Assembly (NCBI GenBank): GCA_001775995.1
Contig: MEZH01000004.1
Span: 44,456-108,455, forward strand
Length of the DNA stretch: 64,000 nucleotides
Reading direction: 5' to 3'
DNA from: Candidatus Bathyarchaeota archaeon RBG_16_48_13
GTDB lineage: Archaea > Thermoproteota > Bathyarchaeia > RBG-16-48-13
Shown piece by piece: positions 9,316-19,205 of the stretch. A program made the position numbers and the translations under genes. Position 1 is the first letter of the stretch; every line of letters begins with the position of its first letter. A model generated the notes under the pieces. It saw nothing but the letters and a program-made list of their open reading frames with translations. It was not told where the DNA came from and made no database searches.

Positions 9316-10425
9316 TTGCACGAAATATCACTCCACAATGTCAAGAAGAGATACGGGACTATTACGGCACTTGATGATGTCAGCTTTGATATTGAGAAGG
9401 GAGAATACGTTACGATATTGGGTCCTACGGGCAGTGGCAAGACAACTATTCTAAAGCTGCTGGCCGGTTTGATAGAACCCAACGAAGGGGAGGTCAGATT
9501 CAAGGGTAGAAGAGTAAATGAACTGTGTCCTGAGGAAAGAGACGTTGGATTGGTCTTTCAGAATTTCATGCTTTTTCCGCACCTTAATGTCTGGGAAAAC
9601 GTAACTTTCGGCCCACACATGAGAGGATGGGCACGTGAAAAAACCGACAAATTAGGTCGCCAGATGCTAGATCTGGTGCATCTCTTCAACAGGGCATTGT
9701 CATATCCAAATGAGTTGAGTGGAGGCATGCAACAGAGGATCGCTCTAGCTCGAACTCTGACACCAGGTTCCAAGATAATGTTGATGGACGAACCCCTTGG
9801 AGCATTGGATGCCAGATTAAGGGTAGAGTTGCGATATGAGTTGGTCAGGTTGATGAAGGGTCTAGGCATTACGACAATTCACGTCACTCATGACCAAGAG
9901 GAGGCCATGACTATCTCAGATAAGATAATGGTCCTGAGGAGAGGGAAGATTGAACAGATCGGCGCGCCGATGGAACTCTTCTTGAGACCGAGATCAATCT
10001 TCGTGGCGAATTTCGTTGGCGAATCAAACTTCATAGAGGGGATAATCAGTGAAATCAAAGATAGCTTCTTGAAAGTAGAGTTGAAGGATGGGCTGACTGT
10101 AGTAGTCCCGTCGGTCGACGGCGCAGCTTTGGGAGAGAGGATAGTCATTGCACTGAAGCCCGAAAATGTCTCAATCCAGAAGGGCGTGACAAAGGGGATC
10201 AACCACATACAGGGGGTCATTGAGAGGAGGAGTTTCTTAGGTACATTCGTAAAATACTCTGTCAGGCTGGAAACCGGAGATTTGATCAACTCAAAAGTCC
10301 TCACCCTGCAAAAGGATAAGACATTAGAAATGGGTGACAAAAGCACCGTTTCATTCAGATCCAACGAAGCAGTCGTATATCATCACCCCAAAGATGGCGT
10401 TCGGCGGGAGTTGGAGGTGGAGTAG
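9316..10425 (+). CDS. ABC transporter ATP-binding protein with TOBE domain (PotA/CysA-like)
   Basis: Walker A GPTGSGKT, signature LSGGMQQR, Walker B LLMDEP, HVTHDQEEA. Confidence 0.92.
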   Translation: MHEISLHNVKKRYGTITALDDVSFDIEKGEYVTILGPTGSGKTTILKLLAGLIEPNEGEVRFKGRRVNELCPEERDVGLVFQNFMLFPHLNVWENVTFGPHMRGWAREKTDKLGRQMLDLVHLFNRALSYPNELSGGMQQRIALARTLTPGSKIMLMDEPLGALDARLRVELRYELVRLMKGLGITTIHVTHDQEEAMTISDKIMVLRRGKIEQIGAPMELFLRPRSIFVANFVGESNFIEGIISEIKDSFLKVELKDGLTVVVPSVDGAALGERIVIALKPENVSIQKGVTKGINHIQGVIERRSFLGTFVKYSVRLETGDLINSKVLTLQKDKTLEMGDKSTVSFRSNEAVVYHHPKDGVRRELEVE

Positions 10426-11526
10426 ATGCCCGAAGTCAGTCTCGTCGGGGTCTCAAAGAGTTTTGATTCCATAATCGCGGTGGAAGACTTCACCTTGAAG
10501 ATTGAGGACGGTGAATATGTAACCTTCTTGGGACCATCAGGTTGCGGAAAGACAACAGTGCTAAAAATGGTGGCTGGACTCCATGAGCCCGATAGGGGTG
10601 AGATTTGGATCGGCAAAAACCCGGCGAGAGGAATTCCTCCGGAAGATAGAAATGTAGGCTACGTCTTCCAGAACATTCTGCTCTTCCCTCACATGGACGT
10701 TTTGGGGAACGTGACATATGGTCCGAGGGTGAAGGATTGGCCCCCTCAAAAGACCACGGAACTCGCTCACGAAATATTGGCCCTGGCTGGACTCTCAGCT
10801 AGATCTAAATCCCTACCAAAAGAGTTGAGCGGTGGCATGCAACAGAAGGCCGCCGTATCACGAGCACTAATATCTGGCGCAAGCCTCCTATTGCTGGACG
10901 AGCCGTTGGCAGCTCTTGACGCAAAGGTTAGGGCAGAACTCAGGAATGAGTTGAAGCGAATAGTCAAAGAACTGGGTCTGACAGCTATCCACGTAACGCA
11001 CGATCAAGAGGAGGCATTGGCAATCTCGGATAAGATTGTTGTAATGAAGAAGGGAAGAATAGTCGAAGTAGGAACACCGGAAGAAGTCTATCTCAATCCA
11101 AAAAACATTTTCACGGCCAATTTCATCGGTGAAGCGAATTTCCTTGAAGGAAAAGCAGTCTCTGGAGGAGACAAATGGGAAATAGAGATAGCCAGAGGCC
11201 TCAAGATCGCAACATGCAATGAAGTTCCCGCCGGCGATCGTCTTGTTATTGCTGTGAGGCCGGAGCACATTGTTATCGACAAAGGCCAACGAAAAGAAAG
11301 AAACGTGTTTGATGGAAAGATTGAAGATGTCAGGTTCTTGGGTGGCTTGGTGAGGTTCGAAATCAAGATTGAGAACAATCTGCTGCTAGCGGTTAAAGCA
11401 CCTTTTGCTTCCTTTGAAAAGTTTCCGCAAATAGATGATCAGATGACCATCAGCTTTGACCCATCCCGAGTCTTGGTCTACAAATACCCAGAACGCGGGA
11501 TGGCGAGCGAACTTGCCCTGGAGTAA
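10426..11526 (+). CDS. Second ABC transporter ATP-binding protein with TOBE domain
   Basis: GPSGCGKT, LSGGMQQK, LLLDEP, HVTHDQEEA; abuts the first ATPase. Confidence 0.92.
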   Translation: MPEVSLVGVSKSFDSIIAVEDFTLKIEDGEYVTFLGPSGCGKTTVLKMVAGLHEPDRGEIWIGKNPARGIPPEDRNVGYVFQNILLFPHMDVLGNVTYGPRVKDWPPQKTTELAHEILALAGLSARSKSLPKELSGGMQQKAAVSRALISGASLLLLDEPLAALDAKVRAELRNELKRIVKELGLTAIHVTHDQEEALAISDKIVVMKKGRIVEVGTPEEVYLNPKNIFTANFIGEANFLEGKAVSGGDKWEIEIARGLKIATCNEVPAGDRLVIAVRPEHIVIDKGQRKERNVFDGKIEDVRFLGGLVRFEIKIENNLLLAVKAPFASFEKFPQIDDQMTISFDPSRVLVYKYPERGMASELALE

Positions 11527-11533
11527 CCAGGTC

Positions 11534-12532
11534 TCAGCGCCGATCGATTATGTCAGTTGCCTCAGGACCGGTGCCTATCAAGTCCACTGGGACTCCAAGT
11601 CTCCGTTCAATCTGATCCACGAACTCTTTCGCTTCATTTGGGAGGTCATCATATCTATCAGTGTGGCTACATGTCGGGAATAACACATCAAACTTGGTGA
11701 CGGCAAGTGACGTGGCACCGTTGAGCGAAACCGCTCTCTGGGCCAGGTCAAAATTGAAGGGAGCGGCTCGTCTCTTGCGCCCTGTGACAGTCCCTGTTTC
11801 AGCCCATCCTCTTTTGATTACCTCTTTTTCAGGCAACTCACCAGGCAAATATCCAGCACCTACCCGCGTCATATACGCCTTGAATACGAGTAGAACGTTG
11901 TTAACGCTGGTTGGCCCTATGCCAACTTCACTACAAAGGGCTGAGGCAGTAGTGTCCCTGCCAGTGCAATAAGGATAAGTTCCGTGGAATAAGGATAGGA
12001 ATGTACCCTGGGTCCCCTCTACTACTACCTTTCTTCCGTCGTCCAAGGCTTTATTTAGTTCTCCAGGAACATCGGCTAGGAAAGGCTTCAACTCATCGAT
12101 GTCTTTTGCGAGTCTCGCGACTCTTTTCACCCTGTCTTCAAGAGCGGGTCCCACGCCGCTCCCTGTTGTTCCTATCTGCTTAGACAAGAATGAACTCTCT
12201 CTGTCCCGCGAAACGTGTTGGTCTTCAATTATCGAACACTGGTTGTCCAGACCCACCCTGCCTCTAACCCCCGTCTTCTCCACCTCTTCGATGAAGACCT
12301 TTGGAAAAACATTGGCACCTGGTCCAATGAGAAGCCGGCACTTTTCATAGACAAAAGCGCCGGGGATCATTCTGAGCGAGTACTTCATCTCATGAATGAC
12401 AACCGTGTGTCCCGCGTTTATTGAGCCCCCTCGAACCGCAAAATCCACTTTGTCCCTCAGAGCCAAATAGGAGACAATCTTGCCCTTGCCCTCGTCTCCC
12501 CAGAATCCTCCCACTACCACCGAACATGGCAA
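11534..12532 (-). CDS. purA: Adenylosuccinate synthetase (short archaeal type)
   Basis: GGFWGDEGKGK, NAGHT, IGTTGSGVGP, VEGTQG, GTVTGRKRR. Confidence 0.95.
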   Translation of the reverse strand: MPCSVVVGGFWGDEGKGKIVSYLALRDKVDFAVRGGSINAGHTVVIHEMKYSLRMIPGAFVYEKCRLLIGPGANVFPKVFIEEVEKTGVRGRVGLDNQCSIIEDQHVSRDRESSFLSKQIGTTGSGVGPALEDRVKRVARLAKDIDELKPFLADVPGELNKALDDGRKVVVEGTQGTFLSLFHGTYPYCTGRDTTASALCSEVGIGPTSVNNVLLVFKAYMTRVGAGYLPGELPEKEVIKRGWAETGTVTGRKRRAAPFNFDLAQRAVSLNGATSLAVTKFDVLFPTCSHTDRYDDLPNEAKEFVDQIERRLGVPVDLIGTGPEATDIIDRR

Positions 12533-12607
12533 AATTAGCTCACCGAGATTTTGTGTGTCATCAAGGGCTCCTATTAAGGATTATATTGAAAAAAGACAAG
12601 CGGTAGA

Positions 12608-13267
12608 TCATATGAGTTTTCTCTGGTAATTCAAGTCGATTATATCTCGCACCGTCTTCCAGGATTTCCTGACGGCATCTGGGAAACAACCATTATCCTC
12701 AAAATATTTTGCCAAGAAAAGTCGCACTTTCATATCATGCGGATAGCCTGACCCGAAGTCTCCATATACCAGTTTCAGGCTTTCTATGGCGGAGTCTCGC
12801 CTCACCTTGGCCAGGATCGAAGCAGCACTGACGACTGGATAGTTTATGTCTGCTTTATGTTCCGAAACTACCTTCGTCTTAGTTCTAAGCAGATCCTCGA
12901 CCTGGCAGCCATACCGATCAGCTAAGACGTCGCATGCGTCCACATAAGCAATATCCGGATTGAGTTGATCTATGACTCTGGCCATGGCTTTCGCTTCAAG
13001 AAAGTTCAGTCTTTGGAATTTCTTCCCTTTGAGAACCGCCTTGTCTATCTCGTCAGGCAGGATGTATGTATAAGATGATTTCAAGACAACTCCCTCTATC
13101 TTAGGGACAAGGAGAAGTCTCTTTCGAAAGGTCAATTGCTTGGAGTCTTTAACTCCCAAGGATTTCAGGCTTGAGATACCTTTTTCCTCTACGAGTATGC
13201 CTGCTATTACCAGGGGACCTATGACGCACCCTCGGCCGGCATCGTCGACCCCCGAAACTAGAACCAA
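12608..13267 (-). CDS. rnhB: Ribonuclease HII
   Basis: GVDDAGRGCVIGPLV, GVKDSK, YVDACD, HKAD, VSAASILAKVRRD, GSGYP; probable TTG start at 13267 (ORF maximum 13336). Confidence 0.93.
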   Translation of the reverse strand: MVLVSGVDDAGRGCVIGPLVIAGILVEEKGISSLKSLGVKDSKQLTFRKRLLLVPKIEGVVLKSSYTYILPDEIDKAVLKGKKFQRLNFLEAKAMARVIDQLNPDIAYVDACDVLADRYGCQVEDLLRTKTKVVSEHKADINYPVVSAASILAKVRRDSAIESLKLVYGDFGSGYPHDMKVRLFLAKYFEDNGCFPDAVRKSWKTVRDIIDLNYQRKLI

Positions 13268-13366
13268 CCTTTCTCTCCTGGCACTTAAACGAGGCAGTGA
13301 CTCCGTTGAATAAAACCCTTTAGGGTAATTGCTCAAGAAATGAGCTAGTTGATATGAGGTTTCAAT

Positions 13367-14569
13367 TTGGAAAACAGATTTGATTTCCCCTTGGAACGAG
13401 TCATGGAAGGAAATGCCAGGGTCTATGTACCGGTGGGCAGGGCTCTTGTCAGAAATAGGTTACGATATAGACCTTCTAGATCGACAGTCTTCTACAATCC
13501 TGTAATGAAGCTTAATCGCGATGTGGCTGTGGCCATCTTACAGGTATTTCAACGAAGTCTCAACGACCGGATCGATGTATGCGAGCCCCTAGGTGGGTCC
13601 GGCATCAGAAGTATCCGCTTTTCTTTGGAGGTCGAAGGGGTAAGGAGTATTGTTCTCAACGACATCAACCCTCTGGCAGCTAACTTGGCACGCTATAATA
13701 TAGAAAAGAACAATCTGGAGAACATAGTAGAAGTCACAAACCTTAACGCAAACTTGCTCCTCCAGGAACATTCACGCCCGAAGAGCCGTTTTGACGCTAT
13801 AGACTTGGATCCTTTCGGTTCTCCCACACCCTTTCTTGATTCGGCATTGTCAGCCCTTAAGGATGGCGGTCTCATAGCAGCGACCGCAACGGACATGGCA
13901 CCCCTCTGCGGAGTCCATCCATTGGCATGTCTTAGAAAATATGGTGCGGTACCTCTTAGAACAGAGTATTGCCATGAATTAGCCGTGCGAATACTTCTGG
14001 GATCGATTGCTGTGACAGCAGCACGTCACGATTTTGGCATAAGAGTCCTTGCATCCCACAGCACAGATCACTACGTAAGGGCTTATCTTACATGTTATTA
14101 TGGAGCCAAAAGAGCTGATCAGAGTCTCTTGAGCATGGGATTCATATCCCATTGTTTTAATTGTTTTCATAGGGAAATAGGCAGGGGATTTGCAACGAAA
14201 CTTCCTAGCGTTTGTCCAGAATGCGGAGAAATTCTGAGATTATGCGGACCTTTATGGATAGGTGCCCTCGCTGATTCAGAATTCTGCGCCCTGATTTTGG
14301 AGAAGCTGCATGAGATGGGCTCAGATACGAACGCATCTGTGAGGACCTTTGAAAGGATCTCTAAAGAAGCTGATGCACCACCCACTTACTATGTCATAGA
14401 CAGAATATGCGACAAGTTCAATCTGCCCATTCCAAGAACAGAAGTTGTCATGGAGAAAATTTTGGAGCGGGGTTACAAGGTGGTGGGAACTCATTTCAAT
14501 CCAAAAGGTTTGAAGACCGAAAGCCCCGCTCGAGTGGTCAAAGAGGCAATAACCAACGGTCAAATATGA
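13367..14569 (+). CDS. trm1: tRNA (guanine(26)-N2)-dimethyltransferase
   Basis: VFYNPVMKLNRD, GIRSIR, IDLDPFGSP, ATATDMAPLCG, CxxC..CxxC zinc finger, GPLWIG. Confidence 0.94.
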   Translation: MENRFDFPLERVMEGNARVYVPVGRALVRNRLRYRPSRSTVFYNPVMKLNRDVAVAILQVFQRSLNDRIDVCEPLGGSGIRSIRFSLEVEGVRSIVLNDINPLAANLARYNIEKNNLENIVEVTNLNANLLLQEHSRPKSRFDAIDLDPFGSPTPFLDSALSALKDGGLIAATATDMAPLCGVHPLACLRKYGAVPLRTEYCHELAVRILLGSIAVTAARHDFGIRVLASHSTDHYVRAYLTCYYGAKRADQSLLSMGFISHCFNCFHREIGRGFATKLPSVCPECGEILRLCGPLWIGALADSEFCALILEKLHEMGSDTNASVRTFERISKEADAPPTYYVIDRICDKFNLPIPRTEVVMEKILERGYKVVGTHFNPKGLKTESPARVVKEAITNGQI

Positions 14570-14629
14570 GAAATTCTGCCAGACCATTTGGTATAGATAG
14601 GATTTCCAATACATAGAGATTTCAGTAGG

Positions 14630-15253
14630 CTATGTATTCCTAACCGCAAACCTTGGGGAAAGCCCGAGTACATAGATTTCTGAGCTTTGGCTTTTGCTAG
14701 CTTTAGGCTTGATAATCTTGACGACTTGGAAAATCAGTCTCAGTTCCTTTAGAAAATCATCCAAAAGGTCTCCCTGGAAAACCTTGCAAAAGAAGGCCCC
14801 CCCGATTTCTAGAAAGTCCCTTGCTATTTGGAGGGAAGTCTGAGCAAGGTCGAGTTGGCGGGCGTGATCAACTTCCCAAATTCCTGAAAGGTTTGGTGAG
14901 ACATCGGAGAGAACGACATCCGCTCTGCCTCCAGAGATCTCCTTCAACCCAGAGACAGTCTGTGGGTTCTTTATGTCGCCCCTTAAAGATTTGACATTTT
15001 GGTCAGGGAAATCTCTTATCGGGGATACATCAACGCCTATCACTAAACCCGTATCACCAACGATCTCACGGGCGGCTTGCATCCATCCACCTGGCGCCGC
15101 CCCCAAGTCTATCACCGTATCGCCGTTCTTGATAAAATGAAGGTCTTTGTTGGCTTGTAGGAGTTTGTAAGAAGCCCTGCTTCTGTAGCCCTCTTTTTTG
15201 GCGAGCCTATAGAAAAAGTCGCGTCTCTTCTCGAGGAGCCGATTACTTGGCAA
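14630..15253 (-). CDS. rlmE: 23S rRNA U2552 2'-O-methyltransferase (RlmE/FtsJ)
   Basis: GYRSRASYKL, DLGAAPGGW, VLSDVSP, KVFQG, SSEIY (K-D-K-E tetrad). Confidence 0.93.
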   Translation of the reverse strand: MPSNRLLEKRRDFFYRLAKKEGYRSRASYKLLQANKDLHFIKNGDTVIDLGAAPGGWMQAAREIVGDTGLVIGVDVSPIRDFPDQNVKSLRGDIKNPQTVSGLKEISGGRADVVLSDVSPNLSGIWEVDHARQLDLAQTSLQIARDFLEIGGAFFCKVFQGDLLDDFLKELRLIFQVVKIIKPKASKSQSSEIYVLGLSPRFAVRNT

Positions 15254-15256
15254 TAA

Positions 15257-15622
15257 CTATGTGCCACCAGACTTGGAGGCAAGTTCCATAAGCCAGTTTC
15301 TAAGCAGCTCACATGTCGTCGGAGAAATTGAACCCCCAAATTCGCATTTTGGAACAAGCGCGCAAAGAAGACAAGGTTGAGTCAAGACTGAATCTATGGA
15401 GATTGGCTGTCTCTTTGGATATAACCGATAAGTCCATCTTCCTTCCGAGATTTCCTTTTCTCGGCGGATCAATCCTTTGCTCTCGAGTTTCAATGATACC
15501 CGCGAACCTTCGCGGGAACTGGCGTCCAGTTTTCGCCAGAGATCCGACTGAATTATGCCTTCTCTTCCGCTGTTAATGACTATCTGAAGAGCCACATGCT
15601 CCAAGTCATCTCTTCTGGGCAA
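15257..15622 (-). CDS. Archaeal RPC34/RPC39 homolog (TFE-beta-like): wHTH plus C-terminal Fe-S domain
   Basis: N-terminal winged helix (QSDLWRKL..SREGSRVSLKLE.KGLIRRE) then PCLLC-x5-C-x10-C..W; lies directly downstream of tfb. Confidence 0.8.
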   Translation of the reverse strand: MPRRDDLEHVALQIVINSGREGIIQSDLWRKLDASSREGSRVSLKLESKGLIRREKEISEGRWTYRLYPKRQPISIDSVLTQPCLLCALVPKCEFGGSISPTTCELLRNWLMELASKSGGT

Positions 15623-15737
15623 CGAAGTCCACCGTATTCGTCATATACTAGGAGTTAGCAGCAATTTAAACCCAATCATCGGGGTTTGTTCATTTCACAT
15701 TAAAGGCCATATGCTTTGTCTCATGAAACGAAGAAGG

Positions 15738-16670
15738 CTATAGGTAGACGTGGATCATCAATCGACTTATGAGTTCCTTGTAACGATTTCTGATAGTGAC
15801 TTCAGTCACATTCGCTATCTCCGCTATTTCTCGTTGGGTTCGATGTTCGGATGCTAATACCGACGCGATGTAGGTGGCTGCTGCAGCTATTCCGGTTGGG
15901 CCTCGTCCTGATGTCAACCTGATGGAGGAAGCAGTCTGGAGGATTCGAAGAGCCACATTTTCGACCTTACCGGCCAAACCTAACTGATTGGCAAAGCGAG
16001 ATACATAGTAGTTTGGCGTCAAAGGTGGAATGAAACATTCTAGCTCCTTTACTATGAAGCGATAGCTACGTCCGATCTCCTTCTTGTTTATGTGAGAAAT
16101 GGTCGAAATCTCATCAAGCGTCCTAGCCACTCCGCACTGTCTGCAAGCCATGTAGAGAGCAGCAGCAGTAACGCCCTGTATCGAGCGTCCTCGAATCAAG
16201 TGTCTTTTTACAGCCCTTCTATATATTACGGACGCGGTCTCCAAGATGTTCTTGGGCAAATTTATAGCGGAAGCCATCTTGCTCAGTTCTGACAAAGCAA
16301 AAGCCAAGTTGCGTTCAGTGGCATCTGAAACTCTTACTCGTCTCTGCCACTTCCTGAGACGGTAGACTTGAGCCCTCTGACCTGGAGTGAGATTCTTGCC
16401 GAAGGTATCTTTGTCCTGCATATCGATCATGGTTGACAAGCCCTTGTCGTGAATAGAGAAGGTCATTGGCGCACCGACACGGGCTCTTCTAGCTTTCTGC
16501 GCATCGTCAAATGCTCTCCATTCTGGTCCTGAATCGGTCAAACGGTCAGCAATGACAAAACCGCAATCTCTACAGACAACTTCGGCCCACTCGTAGTCCC
16601 TGATGACATTTGTGCTCTTGCACTCAGGGCATTCTTTGACCCTGCGCCTAGATTCTATCTCTTCTTCCAA
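15738..16670 (-). CDS. tfb: Transcription initiation factor IIB
   Basis: Zn ribbon CPEC..CRDCG, GPEWRAF, B-reader/linker, two cyclin repeats, [24 protein letters not shown]. Confidence 0.97.
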   Translation of the reverse strand: MEEEIESRRRVKECPECKSTNVIRDYEWAEVVCRDCGFVIADRLTDSGPEWRAFDDAQKARRARVGAPMTFSIHDKGLSTMIDMQDKDTFGKNLTPGQRAQVYRLRKWQRRVRVSDATERNLAFALSELSKMASAINLPKNILETASVIYRRAVKRHLIRGRSIQGVTAAALYMACRQCGVARTLDEISTISHINKKEIGRSYRFIVKELECFIPPLTPNYYVSRFANQLGLAGKVENVALRILQTASSIRLTSGRGPTGIAAAATYIASVLASEHRTQREIAEIANVTEVTIRNRYKELISRLMIHVYL

Positions 16671-16930
16671 GCCCTTCCGCCCCGTTTCTTCTCTTGAGCC
16701 AATTTGTAGAGGATCTGTCCCACATGATAATCTGGTGTGGCCGGTCTTACAGAAATGTAGGGATTATTGATTGGACCAAACAGGTCCATGACAATACCGA
16801 TTCTCTTTAGCGACTTATCAACGACCATATCACCAGGAAAAGCGTTGTTCTCTGCTCGTAGGATTAGATTATTGCTTCCAGTTGATTTATGAAGAACAGC
16901 CCCCAGCCGAAATAAGCGATCAGGATACAA
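16655..16930 (-). CDS. gar1: H/ACA RNP component Gar1/Naf1
   Basis: [33 protein letters not shown]; conserved position upstream of tfb. Confidence 0.85.
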   Translation of the reverse strand: MYPDRLFRLGAVLHKSTGSNNLILRAENNAFPGDMVVDKSLKRIGIVMDLFGPINNPYISVRPATPDYHVGQILYKLAQEKKRGGRAWKKR

Positions 16931-16997
16931 GAGAACACCGTAGCTGTAAAATAACGTTGATGACTCGTCCTATTAATATAAGGATTTCTAACGACTC

Positions 16998-17312
16998 TTA
17001 TTGCTTCAAATTGACGACTTTTTCCTTAAAAGACTTCATTTCTTTGGCTATATTTGAAATAAGAACAGATTTCTTGCTTTTTTTGTCTACCAATACGTTT
17101 CCAGCTTTTTCCCAACAAAAACGCGGATAACGCGAGTTTTTTTCTTCTACCGGGTTCAATCCAAGTCTGAGAGCGGCTCCATACATGTCCTGAACTTGGG
17201 GGTATTCCATGGCCAATGCCTTGTGTATTCTCCTACCATCTCTCCGGGTCTTAGAAGAATCGAAGTAAACGGGCCAAAGGATATACTTGTCCTTTGACTT
17301 CGTGGGAATCAA
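16998..17312 (-). CDS. srp19: Signal recognition particle protein Srp19
   Basis: ILWPVYFDSSKTRRDGRRI, YPR..W...GNVLV; downstream of rps8e. Confidence 0.92.
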   Translation of the reverse strand: MIPTKSKDKYILWPVYFDSSKTRRDGRRIHKALAMEYPQVQDMYGAALRLGLNPVEEKNSRYPRFCWEKAGNVLVDKKSKKSVLISNIAKEMKSFKEKVVNLKQ

Positions 17313-17321
17313 CCGCCTAAT

Positions 17322-17723
17322 CTATTCATGAGCCTTTCTCAGAATCGCATTAAGTACGCCGTCTACTCCTGGTTGAGAAGTTATTTCCGCTTCACCCAAT
17401 TCTGTCTCTATTAAGGCGCCTTTGGTTATTACTCCACGCCTGTTGTAATCTATGTTGGCAGGATTCCTAAGGAATCTGAGTATCGGAACCTTCGTTGTCT
17501 TCTTGGTTGCTGGGTCAGTCACGTTTGCTTGGTCAGCCGTCTTAAGTCTATATTTGACGTTTCCACCCATGGCTCGGACAACTTTGAGGTCAGTCTCACC
17601 TATGATCGTCTCGGCCGGAAGGCTGCCTATCTCGTAACTCCTCTTTCTCCTATGAGAGCGAGTTCTGCCGCCAGTTCTTTTTCTTTTTAGAAGACCGCCG
17701 TGCCATTGGGGCATCCATTTCAC
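17322..17723 (-). CDS. rps8e: 30S ribosomal protein S8e
   Basis: KRKRTGGR, RAMGGNVK, NPANIDYNRRGVITKGALIETELG, PGVDGVLNA. Confidence 0.95.
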   Translation of the reverse strand: MKWMPQWHGGLLKRKRTGGRTRSHRRKRSYEIGSLPAETIIGETDLKVVRAMGGNVKYRLKTADQANVTDPATKKTTKVPILRFLRNPANIDYNRRGVITKGALIETELGEAEITSQPGVDGVLNAILRKAHE

Positions 17724-17756
17724 CTTGAGATTTGGCTTAGCTTTCTCAAGGATGTG

Positions 17757-17770
17757 ATATAAACCTTTTC
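17757..17770 (-). promoter_or_regulatory. BRE + TATA promoter of the rps8e cluster
   Basis: Minus strand GAAAAGG-TTTATAT ending 34 nt upstream of the GTG at 17723. Confidence 0.65.
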
Positions 17771-17971
17771 TGAGATCTTAGGAGTGCCAATTCGTTCAGC
17801 TTCAAAGAGAGGGTACTAGTTTTGAACGGAGAGAAAATAGGATTGAAGCAAAATCTGTCAATTTGCTCAGAATATGAGCAATTCCGGGGGTGCTGTTGTG
17901 TCGCTCCTCTTCAAATAGGTTACTGACCCAATCAGAATCTTGCTTGCCGACAATCAATGACTTCGTGGCGG

Positions 17972-18535
17972 CTAAGGGACTTCTGTTACTTCGGGAAGCG
18001 AGGTTTCTCGGCGAAGCTGAAGCTGTCTCTTCATTTGGCGCAGATCATGGCTCAAGCCAAACAAATCAGCGAAGACGTCCGTCGTTCTTATTATTTTGGT
18101 TCTTCCCAGTTTCTCCGTTTCTATCAGCCCCATTTGGTGAAGGATTTTTACATGATCGTAGGCTTGAGGACCTCGGACGTTGGCTACGTGGATCTGAGCC
18201 ACGGGCTGCTTGAATGCGATGTAGGACAGAGTCTTCAGTGGACCAGGCGTCAGGAGAGGGCTCATCGCGAGTCTCTTGATATGATCAGTGAATTCAGGTT
18301 TAAGCTGCATCACAAACCTGCCATCAGGGAGTTCAAGGATCTCCAATGCTAGCTCTCTATTGGCATACTCTTGGAGCAAGGCTCTAGCCAAACTTTGAAC
18401 CGCTTTCTTTGAGTGGATATCCAAGATCGAGCAAAGAGTTCTCAATTCAAGCGGTCTGCCGGCCGCGTATAGTGCCGCTTCTACAATTGCCAAATTCTTT
18501 CTCGTTTGCTCAGGATCTGCCTGTTTTTCAGACAC
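17972..18535 (-). CDS. scpB: SMC-Scp complex subunit ScpB
   Basis: VEAALYAAGRPL, FVMQLKP, LKTLSYIAFKQPV, NVRG, TTDVFADLFGL; start re-assigned to GTG 18535. Confidence 0.9.
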   Translation of the reverse strand: MSEKQADPEQTRKNLAIVEAALYAAGRPLELRTLCSILDIHSKKAVQSLARALLQEYANRELALEILELPDGRFVMQLKPEFTDHIKRLAMSPLLTPGPLKTLSYIAFKQPVAQIHVANVRGPQAYDHVKILHQMGLIETEKLGRTKIIRTTDVFADLFGLSHDLRQMKRQLQLRRETSLPEVTEVP

Positions 18536-19205
18536 CAGCTTCGCCACCCTGTTTAGGCATTGATATGTATATTTCGCCGAACTCTTCATCCTGCCAAAGG
18601 GCAAGTCTTTCCCGGGTAGCCAAGAACAGAAGGATTATGAATGTCCGCACAATGTCGATTCGCTCCATGTACCTAGATAATTCCGAGAAAAGTACCATTT
18701 TCTTCTCCTGAAAGAGTGCAAGAAGCCTTTCGAAGAGACTTTCTATGTGAGAATCGATATCAACCAAAAATGGATCCAAGTCCTCAAGGATGGTTGGAGC
18801 GGGCAAGAGCGGTTTCAGCACAGGTTCTCTCAATATGGAGAGTTCCATATTAAGGGCATCGTCAAGCGCTTTGAGGAGTTCTTCGACCGAAGTCGAGGAT
18901 AAGGCGTGTCTGTAGGGAAGCTTAATCAAAGGTGGAAGATCTTCGAATATTCTCGCATCTGGCGGGTGAGGAGGGTCCTCCATCTTAAGAATATCGTCGG
19001 ATTTCATTCTATATATTGTGGCGGATGATAGAAGAGCGGTGCCCGAGGCTGTGAAGTCCATTACTCCATGCTTTCTCATCTCGTTCAGGAATGAATTCAG
19101 CAGGAAAGATAAATTCACGTCCCATGGTCTTAGTCTTTGAAGCCTTATTATGTCAAATAGAATGAGCCACGGTGGCTTGAACCAGAAAGGTTTCTCATCG
19201 CTCAA
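18528..19205 (-). CDS. scpA: Kleisin ScpA
   Basis: PWDVNL, ASGTALLSSATIYRMKS, IVRTFIILLFLA, QDEEFGEIYI; between smc and scpB; TTGA overlap with the smc stop. Confidence 0.85.
   Translation of the reverse strand: MSDEKPFWFKPPWLILFDIIRLQRLRPWDVNLSFLLNSFLNEMRKHGVMDFTASGTALLSSATIYRMKSDDILKMEDPPHPPDARIFEDLPPLIKLPYRHALSSTSVEELLKALDDALNMELSILREPVLKPLLPAPTILEDLDPFLVDIDSHIESLFERLLALFQEKKMVLFSELSRYMERIDIVRTFIILLFLATRERLALWQDEEFGEIYISMPKQGGEAGV

Noticed and set aside
17780-17971. Box C/D sRNA between rps8e and scpB
   Set aside because: CTGA and TGAAGA-like words are present but there is no good box C and the spacing does not fit a 50-60 nt guide.
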